A stretch of 47,379 nt of DNA from an uncultured Actinomycetes bacterium (GCA_964471265.1 CAYYFI010000003.1:1-47379); one strand, 5' to 3'. Positions 19,007-28,872 are shown, numbered from the stretch's first letter. The notes: a model not told the origin generated them from the sequence alone. Program-made: numbers and translations.

Positions 19007-20371
19007 TTAGCCATGTGCGTGAAGTGGCTTTCCGGCTAAAGCCAAGAAAGCTTCTCCCATTGCTTCGTTCATAGTTGGGTGAGCGTGTACATATGGAGCG
19101 ACATCTTGCGCATCAGCTTGCCAGTTGTAGATAACCTGAGCTTCACCAATTAATTCACCGACGCGAGAACCCACCATGTGAATACCGAGTACTGGTCCAC
19201 CTTTTTGCTGAACAATCTTGATTGAACCAGCTGTCTTCAAAATCTGTGATTTTCCATTGCCGCCTAGATCGTAAGAGATCTCTTCAATATCGTAGCCGCG
19301 TTCTTTTGCAGTGGCTGTTGAAAGACCAACTGATGCAACCTCTGGTTCTGAATAGGTAACTCTTGGTACGCCATCGTAATTAATTGGTTGTGGATTTAAT
19401 CCTGCGATCTCTTCAGCTACCAACATTCCTTCTTGGAAGCCAACGTGTGCTAATTGCAGAGTTGGAATTAGATCTCCAACCGCCCAAACACCTGGCACGT
19501 TGGTGCGGCACTTGTTATCTACCAGTACATATCCACGATCCATCGCAATGCCTTGTTCTTCGTAACCGATTCCAGCTGATACTGGTCCACGGCCAACTGC
19601 AACTAAGAGAACTTCAGCGGTGAAGGATTTACCATTTTCTAGATTAACTGTTACAGAATCTGCATTTACGGTATGTGATTGGAATTTACTTCCAACTTCA
19701 AAATCAATTTTACGTTTACGGAATGCACGCTCTAGTTGCTTAGAAGATGTCTCATCTTCAAGAGCGACCAATCTTGGTAACCCTTCAATAATTGTTACCT
19801 CTGCACCAAAAGATTTCCAAACAGATGCAAATTCGCAACCAATAACTCCGCCACCTAGAACTATTGCGCTTTTAGGTACGTAATCCATGTTGAGAGCTTG
19901 ATCAGAAGTAATAACGCGTTTGCCATCTATATCTAAACCAGGCAGGGTCTTTGCATAAGAACCAGTCGCTAGCACTACATGTTTTCCGGTGTATTGGGTG
20001 CCATTTACTTCGACGGTATTTGGTGAAACTAACTTGCCCCAACCTTCAACGAAAGTTACGCCACGAGATTTAACCAATCCGGAAAGTCCTTTATAAAGGC
20101 GAGCGATCACTCCATCTTTATAAGCATTTACTCCAGCCATATCAATGGAATTAAATGTTGCATTCACTCCAAAATCAGCGGCATGACGTGTTTCATCTGC
20201 AACTTCACCTGCATGAAGTAGAGCCTTTGTGGGAATACAGCCTCGGTGTAAACAAGTTCCACCGACTTTATCTGCTTCTATTAAAGCTACAGATAAACCG
20301 AGCTGAGATGCACGAAGAGCGCACGCATATCCACCAGAACCGCCGCCGAGAATGACCACGTCATATGACAT
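19007..20371 (-). CDS. lpdA: Dihydrolipoyl dehydrogenase (E3)
   Basis: GGGSGGY FAD motif, redox-active GGTCLHRGCIPTK disulfide, and a C-terminal HAHPTMNE interface motif. Confidence 0.96.
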   Translation of the reverse strand: MSYDVVILGGGSGGYACALRASQLGLSVALIEADKVGGTCLHRGCIPTKALLHAGEVADETRHAADFGVNATFNSIDMAGVNAYKDGVIARLYKGLSGLVKSRGVTFVEGWGKLVSPNTVEVNGTQYTGKHVVLATGSYAKTLPGLDIDGKRVITSDQALNMDYVPKSAIVLGGGVIGCEFASVWKSFGAEVTIIEGLPRLVALEDETSSKQLERAFRKRKIDFEVGSKFQSHTVNADSVTVNLENGKSFTAEVLLVAVGRGPVSAGIGYEEQGIAMDRGYVLVDNKCRTNVPGVWAVGDLIPTLQLAHVGFQEGMLVAEEIAGLNPQPINYDGVPRVTYSEPEVASVGLSTATAKERGYDIEEISYDLGGNGKSQILKTAGSIKIVQQKGGPVLGIHMVGSRVGELIGEAQVIYNWQADAQDVAPYVHAHPTMNEAMGEAFLALAGKPLHAHG

Positions 20372-20439
20372 AAATACTCCAAATAAAGGAAAACTTAGAT
20401 GCCTAATCCTGCCACTTTGGTCGATTTAAGGGTAATCCG

Positions 20440-21879
20440 CTAGCGCGCCATTTCAATAAGTGAGCGAACCGATACTCCAGTGGCCCCAACCGGAGTGTGG
20501 CCATGGGCTTTGCCCTTATTTAGTTCTACGCCGGCAATATCTAAATGTAACCAAGGTAACTCATCTTTGATGAACTCTTTTAAGAAGAGACCTGCAACTA
20601 ATGCGCCACCCATTCTTTCACCAACGTTGGCGATATCTGCGATTGCGGTATCAAGCGATGGTCGCAATTCTTCAGGTAAAGGCAATTGCCAAAATTGCTC
20701 ACCAGTTATATCAGTAACATCTAAGAACTCAGCACAAAGTTCATCATTGTTTGTCATAACTGCAGAAGTTCGAGTTCCAAGTGCAATCACTTTCGCGCCG
20801 GTTAAAGTCGCTACATCTATGATGGCATCAAGATTTTTATTTTCTTGAGCTTTGCTAATTGCATCCGCCAGCACCAATCGACCTTCGGCATCTGGGTTTA
20901 AAACTTCCACAGTCTTGCCGCCATAAATAGTGATGACATCAGATGGGCGAGTAGCGGTATTAGATGGCATATTTTCCGCCAGCGCTGCCCAGGCATCTAC
21001 TGCAACTGGAAGTTTTAATTCCGCAATTGCAAGTAACGCACCAATTACTGATGCCGCACCGGTCATGTCACCTTTCATCTCATCCATCTTGGCGGCAGGC
21101 TTTAACGCAATTCCACCAGAATCGAATGTAATTCCTTTGCCTACGTATGCCAGATTGCGTTTCGCTTTTGCAGGTTTGTATGAAAGCGACACTAAACGTG
21201 GCGGATTAGCAGATCCTTGGCCAACTCCAATAAGACCACCAAAACCTTGAGTTTTTAATTGCTTCTCATCCCAAATTTTTATCTTCACGCCAGATACTTT
21301 TTTTGCCTTGGCACTGACTAATTCGGCAAATTTCTTTGGGTTCAAATAGCTTGGTGGCATATTTACTAGGTCACGGACGAAGAAAGTCCACTTGATGATA
21401 ATTTCGATCTCTTTTAACAACTTTGCATCACCATCTGCGTCGATAAATATCTCAGTCAGCGGTGCTTTCTGCTCTTTCTTAGTGTGGCCACGGAAATCAT
21501 TAAAAGAATAAGAACCAAGCGCTGCACCTTCAGCCATCGCACGGGCATCGTTATCAATGGCGAAGATCGCATTTTTGTGGCCATGCAGACCCTGTGCCGC
21601 AATTCCAGCGGCTCGGCGTATTTGTTCCGAAGAATACTCTTTGGCAACTTTTCCAAGTCCAGTAAAGAGAATAACTTTTGTTGCCGTGCCTGGAAGTTTG
21701 ATTACCTCGTCTACCTTGCCAGTTGCCCCTAAGTCATTTAAAGATTGCAAGATATCTCTCTCATCGAGTTTTAGAGTGGAAACAATTTCCAAGCCTTTTT
21801 TTCCTTCAGCGAGGCCGACTACTAAGGCATCAGCAGCAACTGAACCCTCTAGATATTTGAGCTTTATTCTTTCGGACAT
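20440..21879 (-). CDS. pepA: Leucyl aminopeptidase (M17)
   Basis: VGKGITFDSGG and NPDAEGRLVLAD metal-binding motifs; 479 aa. Confidence 0.95.
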   Translation of the reverse strand: MSERIKLKYLEGSVAADALVVGLAEGKKGLEIVSTLKLDERDILQSLNDLGATGKVDEVIKLPGTATKVILFTGLGKVAKEYSSEQIRRAAGIAAQGLHGHKNAIFAIDNDARAMAEGAALGSYSFNDFRGHTKKEQKAPLTEIFIDADGDAKLLKEIEIIIKWTFFVRDLVNMPPSYLNPKKFAELVSAKAKKVSGVKIKIWDEKQLKTQGFGGLIGVGQGSANPPRLVSLSYKPAKAKRNLAYVGKGITFDSGGIALKPAAKMDEMKGDMTGAASVIGALLAIAELKLPVAVDAWAALAENMPSNTATRPSDVITIYGGKTVEVLNPDAEGRLVLADAISKAQENKNLDAIIDVATLTGAKVIALGTRTSAVMTNNDELCAEFLDVTDITGEQFWQLPLPEELRPSLDTAIADIANVGERMGGALVAGLFLKEFIKDELPWLHLDIAGVELNKGKAHGHTPVGATGVSVRSLIEMAR

Positions 21880-21908
21880 TTTCTAATCGTATTGGATAAC
21901 CTGTGCCT

Positions 21909-22988
21909 ATGAAACATTCACCACTTGATCAAAAGCACAAGTCACTCGGGGCAAAGATGGCTGATTTCGGTGGCTGGGAGATGCCAATCGAATATCCAGG
22001 CGGTGGAGTATTGGCCGAACATGACGCAGTACGTAACCGAGTTGGAATTTTTGATGTCTCACATCTAGGAAAGATTTCTATAAAAGGATCAGGTGCCAAG
22101 GATTACATCAATTCCATTCTTACGAATGATTTAGATTTAATCAAAGATGGCGAGGCTCAGTACAACTTACTTTGTAATGACCGTGGAGGAGTTATCGATG
22201 ACATCATTGCTTACCGAAATTCAGTGGATGATATTTTCTTAGTTCCAAATGCCGCCAACTGTGCCAAAGTTTTTGAGGTTCTGACAAAAGAGGCACCTGC
22301 TGGCTTAACCATCGTTAACCAACACGAGGAATATGCAGTAATCGCCGTACAGGGCCCAAGATCTAAATCACTTCTAGAATCACTGAGTCTGAAATTAGAT
22401 ATTGAATATATGTCATTCACGCATGGTGTGATTGAAGGGTGTCAGGTTATTGTCTGCCGAACTGGTTATTCAGGTGAACATGGCTATGAAGTGCTGCCGA
22501 AATGGAATGAGGCATCTAAAGTTTGGGATGCAATTGCTGGAAAATTAGGCGACGGACTCATTTGCGGACTCGGTGCTAGAGATACTTTGAGAACTGAAAT
22601 GGGATACCCATTACATGGTCAAGAACTATCTGAATCAATCACCGGCACTGTGGGCGGCGCTAAATGGGCTGTTGCATTCCACAAAGAGAAGTTTCATGGT
22701 GATGCCGCGCTACGTGCAGAAAATGAAGCAGGCGCACCAAGGCGACTCCGCGGATTAAAACTATTAGATCGTGGAATTCCTAGAGGACATATGCCTATTT
22801 TGATTGACGGAGTTCAAGTTGGTGAAACCACATCGGGAACTTTCTCTCCAACACTTAAAGTGGGTATCGCATTGGGATTAGTTGATACTAAATATAAAAT
22901 CGGTGACAAAGTAAGTATCGATGTTCGTGGTCGTTTATTAACCGCTGAGATCGTAAAGATCCCAATGGTTCAACCTCACGTTAAATAA
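21909..22988 (+). CDS. gcvT: Glycine cleavage system aminomethyltransferase T
   Basis: MKHSPLDQKHKSLGAKMADFGGWEMPIEY aligns with GcvT N-termini. ATG 21909 sits 6 nt after TAACCT. The alternative GTG 21903 (ORF track) adds 2 residues. Confidence 0.94.
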   Translation: MKHSPLDQKHKSLGAKMADFGGWEMPIEYPGGGVLAEHDAVRNRVGIFDVSHLGKISIKGSGAKDYINSILTNDLDLIKDGEAQYNLLCNDRGGVIDDIIAYRNSVDDIFLVPNAANCAKVFEVLTKEAPAGLTIVNQHEEYAVIAVQGPRSKSLLESLSLKLDIEYMSFTHGVIEGCQVIVCRTGYSGEHGYEVLPKWNEASKVWDAIAGKLGDGLICGLGARDTLRTEMGYPLHGQELSESITGTVGGAKWAVAFHKEKFHGDAALRAENEAGAPRRLRGLKLLDRGIPRGHMPILIDGVQVGETTSGTFSPTLKVGIALGLVDTKYKIGDKVSIDVRGRLLTAEIVKIPMVQPHVK

Positions 22989-23748
22989 ACCTAATTTCGC
23001 TTACAAAACTGGCTTTGCGAGCTGCACGTTTAAGTGCTGTTAACACACCCGGCCCAACAATCAATATTAAAGTTGCGGTAAATATTGCTCGAGGTACATT
23101 CCAAGCCATCGAAGAAGCAAAGTGATATGAGATAAATCGATTCAAATTATCGGCAATTGCCGCTCCAGGTATATACGAAAGTTGAGTCTTTGGACCAAAA
23201 ACCCAGGGCCAGAATTGCAAATCCATTAAAAATCCAAAGAACTCGGCCAATATGAGTGAGGTAAATGCCAGCAATGGAATTTGAAAGCGCTTCGATTTAG
23301 GTATTACACCTGCAATCAAACCAACCCACCCCGCAGCAAAAATTTGATATGGCAACCAAGGGCCAAATCCGCCAGTAAGAAACGCTGATAGCAACATTGA
23401 TTGCACGCCAAGCAGAAAGCCAAAACTCGGACCAAAAACATAAGCGGCAATTATTAGCAGGAACCACATCGGTTCAATTCCTGCAGCACCTGCACCGAGC
23501 GGTCTTAGTGCTGCGATGATGGCGCTTAACATGGCTAACAAAGCTAATGACTTTGCATCTAACTTCGCTTGACCGACTAACGTCAGTAGAAGCAAAAGCG
23601 CAAGTGGAGTGGCTATCCAGAAAATCACAGAGGATTTATTCTCAGCGGAGTAGAAGGGCCAAAAAAATCCGGCCGCACTCACTATTGAAGTTAGCGATAA
23701 CGCAAATATCTGAAATCCCTTAAATCTAAAAATATCTGCAGTTTTCAT
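22981..23748 (-). CDS. Polytopic membrane protein, probable substrate-capture (S) component of the ECF transporter
   Basis: 255 aa, about 6-7 TM segments, Gly-rich helices (FGPSFGFLLG, GGFGPW) as in ECF S components. Last gene of the operon, with a 4-nt overlap with the ATPase gene. The family call is tentative. Confidence 0.55.
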   Translation of the reverse strand: MKTADIFRFKGFQIFALSLTSIVSAAGFFWPFYSAENKSSVIFWIATPLALLLLLTLVGQAKLDAKSLALLAMLSAIIAALRPLGAGAAGIEPMWFLLIIAAYVFGPSFGFLLGVQSMLLSAFLTGGFGPWLPYQIFAAGWVGLIAGVIPKSKRFQIPLLAFTSLILAEFFGFLMDLQFWPWVFGPKTQLSYIPGAAIADNLNRFISYHFASSMAWNVPRAIFTATLILIVGPGVLTALKRAARKASFVSEIRFI

Positions 23749-25298
23749 TGAATAGCTTTCAATACATCAGAAACAGTGAGCCATTTTCGAGGCGACATCA
23801 CCTTTGTAACTTGTGGGGCAAATGCTGGTGAGGCCAAAAGTACATCCAGAGTTGGCCCATCTGCTACTAAATCCCCATCAGCAAGTATGACTATTCGCGT
23901 AGCCAATTCAGCTACCAGTTCTACGTCATGCGTTGCAATTAATACTGCAGCACCTTTCTCAGATCGAGCTACTAACTCTCTGATCAGAAGCTCTTTAGCA
24001 CTGTAATCCAACCCTCGAGTTGGTTCATCAAGAATAAGAAAATCTGGATTGGGAGCTAAGACAATCGCCAGAACCAGCGCCAATCTCTGGCCTTCTGAGA
24101 GGTCTCTTGGGTGAACATGTTCTTTAATATTCGGGACCAACTTATTTAATAGCTTTAAAGTGGTTCCCGTTGGAAGTGCATGATCCTTATCTGTTTGATC
24201 GCATTCGTTCTTCACACTTTGGTGATAAAGCAAATCATTGGCATCTTGAGGAATGTAACCAACTCTATTCATGTTCTTCTTAATAGAACCTTTGTGTTCG
24301 ATAACTCCAAGCAAACTTTTAATTAGAGAACTTTTACCGGCGCCGTTGCGACCCATCAATGCCACAATTTCACCACCGCGAACACTTAAATTAATTGGAG
24401 AGAGCGCGACTTTGCTGCCATAGTTAACGCTGAGTGATTCAGTTTTAACGAATTCTCGACCCAGCACCTCATGCCGGTGGTTTACGTCGGCACCTTTCTC
24501 TCGGATCGAATCTGTTTCTTTTCGTAAATCGCGCACGGAGAGCGAAATTTTAGGCAGTTTCAAAGCTCGCGCCAGCTTTACAATCGGAGGCGCAATTTTA
24601 GAATCTTTAAGTATCTCTTCTGGTTTTCCAATTCGAGTACTTCCATCGGTTCCGATTTCAATTACTGTATCAACATAGCCAATCACACGTTCTAACCGAT
24701 GTTCCGCAATAATTACTGTAATACCTAAGTCATGCACCAATCGTTGCAAAATAGCTAATACTTCCTCGGCAGCAACTGGGTCAAGTGCGCTAGTTGGTTC
24801 ATCCAAAACTAAAATTCTGGGATGTAGCACCATCGCCGAAGCGATAGCAACTCTTTGTTGTTCGCCACCGGATAAAGTGGCAATTTTCCGGTCACGTATT
24901 GGAGCTAGGCTCAATAGATCAAGAACTTCTTCAATTCGCTTACGCATTACTTCATTAGAGAGATTGAGAGATTCCATTGAAAACGCCAATTCATCTTCAA
25001 CCAAATCCGTAACAAATCCATTGATTGGATTTTGACCGACAATTCCAATCAGCTCTGCTAATTCTCCAGGACGAACATTTCTGGTCGAGAAGCCGCCAAC
25101 TTCTACGTTTCCAGCCAGAATTCCACCGGTGTGGTGGGGAACTAGCCCATTTATCAGGCGAAGTACTGAACTCTTGCCAATACCGGTTTCACCAATTAAT
25201 AGAACAAATTCTCCTTCGCCAATTTCGAAATTCAATTTATCGAGAATCGTCTTTTGAGATGTTGGATAAATTAATGAAACGTTTTGAAACTTAATCAC
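23745..25298 (-). CDS. ECF/ABC transporter ATPase, fused tandem (two nucleotide-binding domains)
   Basis: Two Walker A motifs (GETGIGKSS, GRNGAGKSS), two signatures (LSGGEQQR, LSEGQRL) and two Walker B motifs (LVLDEPT, LILDEPT). Confidence 0.9.
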   Translation of the reverse strand: MIKFQNVSLIYPTSQKTILDKLNFEIGEGEFVLLIGETGIGKSSVLRLINGLVPHHTGGILAGNVEVGGFSTRNVRPGELAELIGIVGQNPINGFVTDLVEDELAFSMESLNLSNEVMRKRIEEVLDLLSLAPIRDRKIATLSGGEQQRVAIASAMVLHPRILVLDEPTSALDPVAAEEVLAILQRLVHDLGITVIIAEHRLERVIGYVDTVIEIGTDGSTRIGKPEEILKDSKIAPPIVKLARALKLPKISLSVRDLRKETDSIREKGADVNHRHEVLGREFVKTESLSVNYGSKVALSPINLSVRGGEIVALMGRNGAGKSSLIKSLLGVIEHKGSIKKNMNRVGYIPQDANDLLYHQSVKNECDQTDKDHALPTGTTLKLLNKLVPNIKEHVHPRDLSEGQRLALVLAIVLAPNPDFLILDEPTRGLDYSAKELLIRELVARSEKGAAVLIATHDVELVAELATRIVILADGDLVADGPTLDVLLASPAFAPQVTKVMSPRKWLTVSDVLKAIQ

Positions 25299-26029
25299 AG
25301 AGAAACCGCCAGAAAAAGTAGGGACGTGGTTACGAATGCTGCGTCTTTAATGGTGAATCTTTGAGGTCGATATTTACTTCTTTTACGCGAGTATCCATAT
25401 CCACGAGAGTCCATTGCGGCAGCTAAATCAAGCGCTCTCGCCAAAGAATCTTCAAGTAACGGCATGGCAATCTGTCGCCATGACATGAAACGGTTTCTTG
25501 AAACTCCGCGCATCTGTTGGGCGATTCTGATGCGTTTTAGATTTGCGACAAGTTGCGGGGTTAATGTGGTGGCTATAACCAGAACCATTCCTACTTCGTA
25601 GAAAACTGGGGGAATTGATCTGAGAATCGCTCTTGGATTTGTAAGTGAAGTAGCTGCACCGAATATTGCAATTATGGCAGCGATATTTAAACTTTCAATT
25701 GCAGCAGAACTAACTCGCTCCCAAGTTACTGGTCCGCCAAGCGTTATGCCTGCCATCCAATTTGGAAGCGGTATCTGGGGCAATGAAAAAAGTACGTGAC
25801 CTGGCACTGGTACTCCGATAACTACACCAATTAATATTCGAAACAGAATTACCGCCACTGCAAGTTTTAGCGCCCAATAGAAGCTGTCTGACCAAGGCCC
25901 ATTGGATTTATATTTTTTAACTAATAGCGAGAGTAATGCGATAGTTGTAAGAGTTAACCAAGTAATTTGAAGGCGCACCAAGGTGGTGGCAAGGAGAGCG
26001 CTCCATAGCCACCACGCAAATGGGTGCAA
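25295..26029 (-). CDS. Energy-coupling factor transporter transmembrane (T) component, EcfT/CbiQ family
   Basis: 244 aa, about 5 TM segments, with a C-terminal coupling-helix region LARALDLAAAMDSRGY (the Ala-Arg-Gly type motif of CbiQ/EcfT). 4-nt overlap with the ATPase gene. Confidence 0.8.
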   Translation of the reverse strand: MHPFAWWLWSALLATTLVRLQITWLTLTTIALLSLLVKKYKSNGPWSDSFYWALKLAVAVILFRILIGVVIGVPVPGHVLFSLPQIPLPNWMAGITLGGPVTWERVSSAAIESLNIAAIIAIFGAATSLTNPRAILRSIPPVFYEVGMVLVIATTLTPQLVANLKRIRIAQQMRGVSRNRFMSWRQIAMPLLEDSLARALDLAAAMDSRGYGYSRKRSKYRPQRFTIKDAAFVTTSLLFLAVSL

Positions 26030-26044
26030 ATTCTTAATTTGTAA

Positions 26045-26575
26045 TTATTTCTTGGCCAGAGATTTTGGAGTTGTAATTTCTGTACTGCATTCCTTGGCTG
26101 GGTAATTAGCTAAACCGCAAACAAAACCATCCGCAGAGGTACGTACCGGCACGACCTTATTAAGAATCTCTAAACCATTTGTGCCGGCTTTTACGCTTAC
26201 ACATTGGCGAATAGTTTGTTGAATATTCTCACCCTTAGGGGCAATAGCGCGTAATCCGAATTCAACAACAACCGCAACTCGAATCATGCCCGCGGCAGGC
26301 TTAGAAGTTGCGCAAGTTGCTTTGAAATTCGGCTTTAAAGTTGGGTTTCCTGTATCTACGGTGTTACTTGAGAATGAAAATTTCCATCCTTCAACAGCGC
26401 CATCTTTAGGAGTAGATCCCGCAGGGCCGGTGAGTGCATAGTTCCAATCAGATGATCCAGGGGCTGCCTGGAAATACCCCCAATATCGCCAACCTTTCTC
26501 GGCGGCTGCATTGGCAGGTGTAAGTGACGCGGCGATAAGCAGGGTAGATATTGCAAGAGTGATGATTTTCTTCAT
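26045..26575 (-). CDS. Secreted protein of unknown function, first gene of the B12-riboswitch-controlled ECF operon (candidate extracytoplasmic corrinoid-binding protein)
   Basis: Sec signal peptide MKKIITLAISTLLIAASLTPANA|AAE and four Cys in the mature part. The C-terminal segment GTNGLEILNKVVPVRTSADGFVCGLANYP resembles, from memory, the transcobalamin-like DUF4430 pattern. SD GAGGAAAC upstream. Confidence 0.6.
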   Translation of the reverse strand: MKKIITLAISTLLIAASLTPANAAAEKGWRYWGYFQAAPGSSDWNYALTGPAGSTPKDGAVEGWKFSFSSNTVDTGNPTLKPNFKATCATSKPAAGMIRVAVVVEFGLRAIAPKGENIQQTIRQCVSVKAGTNGLEILNKVVPVRTSADGFVCGLANYPAKECSTEITTPKSLAKK

Positions 26576-26715
26576 CAGTTAAGTTTCCTCAATCTTTGCT
26601 TAGGAAGACTTACTGGGCTTTAGCAAAAAACTAAATAAAAATGTCGCTCAAAAAGGAAAATAGGAATTTCTATTTCCGAATTTGAACGACTAATCTGCAA
26701 AGTTTTATGACTTAG

Positions 26716-26847
26716 CCCCGCAATCCTCGGCGGGTGGTCTGTTCTTTCGAAGTGCAGGTAATCCGGCTTTCACGGTTGCGGGTCAGCGTTGGAATCACAC
26801 CAAACTTCCCCTGTAAATCGAATTATTAAGTTGTAGGCTGATACAAC
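26716..26847 (-). promoter_or_regulatory. Cobalamin (B12) riboswitch
   Basis: The minus strand reads GGGGAAGTTTGGTGTGATTCCAACGCTGACCCGCAACCGTGA (26811..26770) followed by the B12-box-like AAGCCGGATTACCTGCAC (26769..26752). A 5' hairpin GTTGTA/TACAAC lies at 26830..26847 and a 3' GC hairpin at 26716..26734. The element lies about 140-270 nt upstream of the first ATG of the ECF operon. Confidence 0.75.
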
Positions 26848-26893
26848 CACAATCTTCGTACCTAGGCAACCAGCGCAAGGGGAGAGTCGCAAA

Positions 26894-27895
26894 ATGGAGC
26901 ATCGTAAACTTGGAAATTCTGGTCTTTATGTATCAGAGATTGCTTTTGGAAATTGGATCACACATGGTTCACAAGTTGAACAGGATGCTGCCATCAAATG
27001 TGTTCGCACCGCTTTAGATTGCGGCATCACCACATTAGATACCGCAGATGTTTATGCCGGCACTAAGGCTGAGAGTGTTTTGGGAAAAGCTCTAAAAGGT
27101 GTACGTCGCGAATCATATGAATTGTTCACCAAAGTTTATTGGCCGACCGGTCCAGGAAAGAATGATCGTGGGTTATCACGCAAACACATCATGGAATCGG
27201 TACACGCTTCATTGAAGCGTTTGAATACAGATCACATTGATTTGTATCAAATGCATAGATTCGATTACGAAACGCCACTTGAAGAATCACTGAGCGCATT
27301 CGATGATTTGATTCGACAAGGAAAAGTAATGTATATCGGCTTCTCTGAATGGAATGCACAACAAATCTCAACCGCTCTGAGGATTCAGAAAGAGTTGGGT
27401 TACAACAGATTTATTTCAAGCCAGCCACAATATTCCGCGCTCTGGCGAGTTATTGAAAAAGAGGTAGATCCAATCTGCAAGCAAAACGGCATCGGCCACA
27501 TTGTTTGGTCGCCAATGGCTCAAGGAGTCTTAACCGGTAAGTATTTGCCAGGTCAGAAAGTTCCAGCTGGTTCTCGCGCAACTGATAAGAAAAGTGGCGC
27601 AAATATGATCAATCGTTGGTTAAACGAAGACATTTTGAGTGCGGTACAGAGATTAAAACCAATTGCTGAAAGTGAAGGACTAACCATGGGGCAGCTTGCA
27701 ATCGCATGGGTGCTGCAAAATCCAAATGTTTCAGCTGCGATTATTGGCGCAACTAAACCAGCCCAAATAAAAGAAAATGTGAAAGCGTCGGGCGTAAAGT
27801 TAAGTAGCGAAACCCTTAAAGCAATTGATAATGCACTTGCAACAGTTATTGAGAGAGATCCGAAGAAGACAATTTCCCCGAATCCACGCGCTTAA
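26894..27895 (+). CDS. Aldo/keto reductase (Kv-beta-like subfamily)
   Basis: MEHRKLGNSGLYVSEIAFGNW, LDTADVYA, and the GFSEW and IIGATKPAQIKEN motifs; SD GGGGAGAG. Confidence 0.93.
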   Translation: MEHRKLGNSGLYVSEIAFGNWITHGSQVEQDAAIKCVRTALDCGITTLDTADVYAGTKAESVLGKALKGVRRESYELFTKVYWPTGPGKNDRGLSRKHIMESVHASLKRLNTDHIDLYQMHRFDYETPLEESLSAFDDLIRQGKVMYIGFSEWNAQQISTALRIQKELGYNRFISSQPQYSALWRVIEKEVDPICKQNGIGHIVWSPMAQGVLTGKYLPGQKVPAGSRATDKKSGANMINRWLNEDILSAVQRLKPIAESEGLTMGQLAIAWVLQNPNVSAAIIGATKPAQIKENVKASGVKLSSETLKAIDNALATVIERDPKKTISPNPRA

Positions 27896-28497
27896 AAGTT
27901 TTTATCGCCGCGTTGAATTTGAGGTTTAGGTGCGCGCATTCTGCGCATCTGGGTTGAACGCAAGAATCCGTAGAGCGCCAAACCTTTTAAGCTCTCATGT
28001 GGATATTTCGTTGCCACTAATCTTTTAATTCTTCGTCCTAAAAACCAGCCATCAATAATTGCAATCAGCATAATCAAATACATAGCCAAAATCGAAAGTA
28101 TCGCGATGGTCTGATTGCGAGTGATTGACACCAACAACACCACGAAAATAAATGGTAGGAAGAATTCACCAACGTTAATTCGGGAATCTACGATATTGCG
28201 AACATAACGGCGCACTGGTCCTCGATCTCGAGCAGGGAGTGCACTTTCATCACCGCGAAGAAATGCATTTCTTTGTGCAAGGCGTTGTGTTCGCGCTTCT
28301 GCGCGCGCAATTCGTTTCTCTTCTTTAGTTTTAGCCGGAGCCAATGAGGCACCTCGCTTGACCGTTGCTTCACTGCGCTTTCGGGTAGGTCGTCCCTTTC
28401 CAGTATTTCCAGTATTTGCGGTATTGCCAGGATTCTTAGATTCCGTCATGGGCATATTCTGATTAGGAGTGGCGTTATTGTCTAAACGAAAGGCCAT
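27892..28497 (-). CDS. DUF3043 domain-containing membrane protein
   Basis: A basic N-terminal region with GKGRPTRKRSEA followed by two TM segments. Conserved neighbour of the HesB-ctaC region in Actinobacteria. The start could be an internal Met (MPMTESK). Confidence 0.7.
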   Translation of the reverse strand: MAFRLDNNATPNQNMPMTESKNPGNTANTGNTGKGRPTRKRSEATVKRGASLAPAKTKEEKRIARAEARTQRLAQRNAFLRGDESALPARDRGPVRRYVRNIVDSRINVGEFFLPFIFVVLLVSITRNQTIAILSILAMYLIMLIAIIDGWFLGRRIKRLVATKYPHESLKGLALYGFLRSTQMRRMRAPKPQIQRGDKNF

Positions 28498-28536
28498 TGG
28501 GGAGTATTATTTGGCCAGTAGGAAACGGAGAAAAAA

Positions 28537-28872
28537 ATGAGCACAGATACCGGCATTAGCCTCACCGAAGTTGCCAGCCAGAAAGTCGCTACTCTCTTGG
28601 CCCAAGAAGGTCGCGACGATTTATATCTTCGAGTTGCAGTGCAGCCAGGTGGCTGCTCAGGTCTTCGCTATCAGCTCTATTTTGATGATCGTGCAATGGA
28701 TGATGACATTGAACGCTCATTTGGCACAGTAAAGGTGAAAGTCGACAAGATGAGCGATCCTTACCTATCCGGCGCAACTATTGATTTTGTTGACACTATC
28801 GAGAAGCAGGGCTTCACTATTGATAATCCAAATGCTCAAGGTTCTTGTGCCTGCGGAGATTCTTTTCACTAG
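28537..28872 (+). CDS. HesB/IscA/ErpA-family iron-sulfur cluster insertion protein
   Basis: 111 aa; GGCSG and C-terminal CACGDSF cluster-ligand motifs. Confidence 0.9.
   Translation: MSTDTGISLTEVASQKVATLLAQEGRDDLYLRVAVQPGGCSGLRYQLYFDDRAMDDDIERSFGTVKVKVDKMSDPYLSGATIDFVDTIEKQGFTIDNPNAQGSCACGDSFH

Noticed and set aside
21880-21908. Looked for a glycine riboswitch upstream of gcvT.
   Set aside because: Only 23-29 nt separate pepA and gcvT, far too short for a glycine aptamer. The space is filled by two back-to-back -10-like hexamers.
26576-26893. The possibility that the riboswitch-like element belongs to the plus-strand aldo/keto reductase gene.
   Set aside because: The conserved blocks (GGGAA...GGTG...CCCGCAAC...B12 box) read correctly only on the minus strand, in the 5'->3' order expected upstream of the ECF operon. 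The AKR gene has its own SD immediately upstream.
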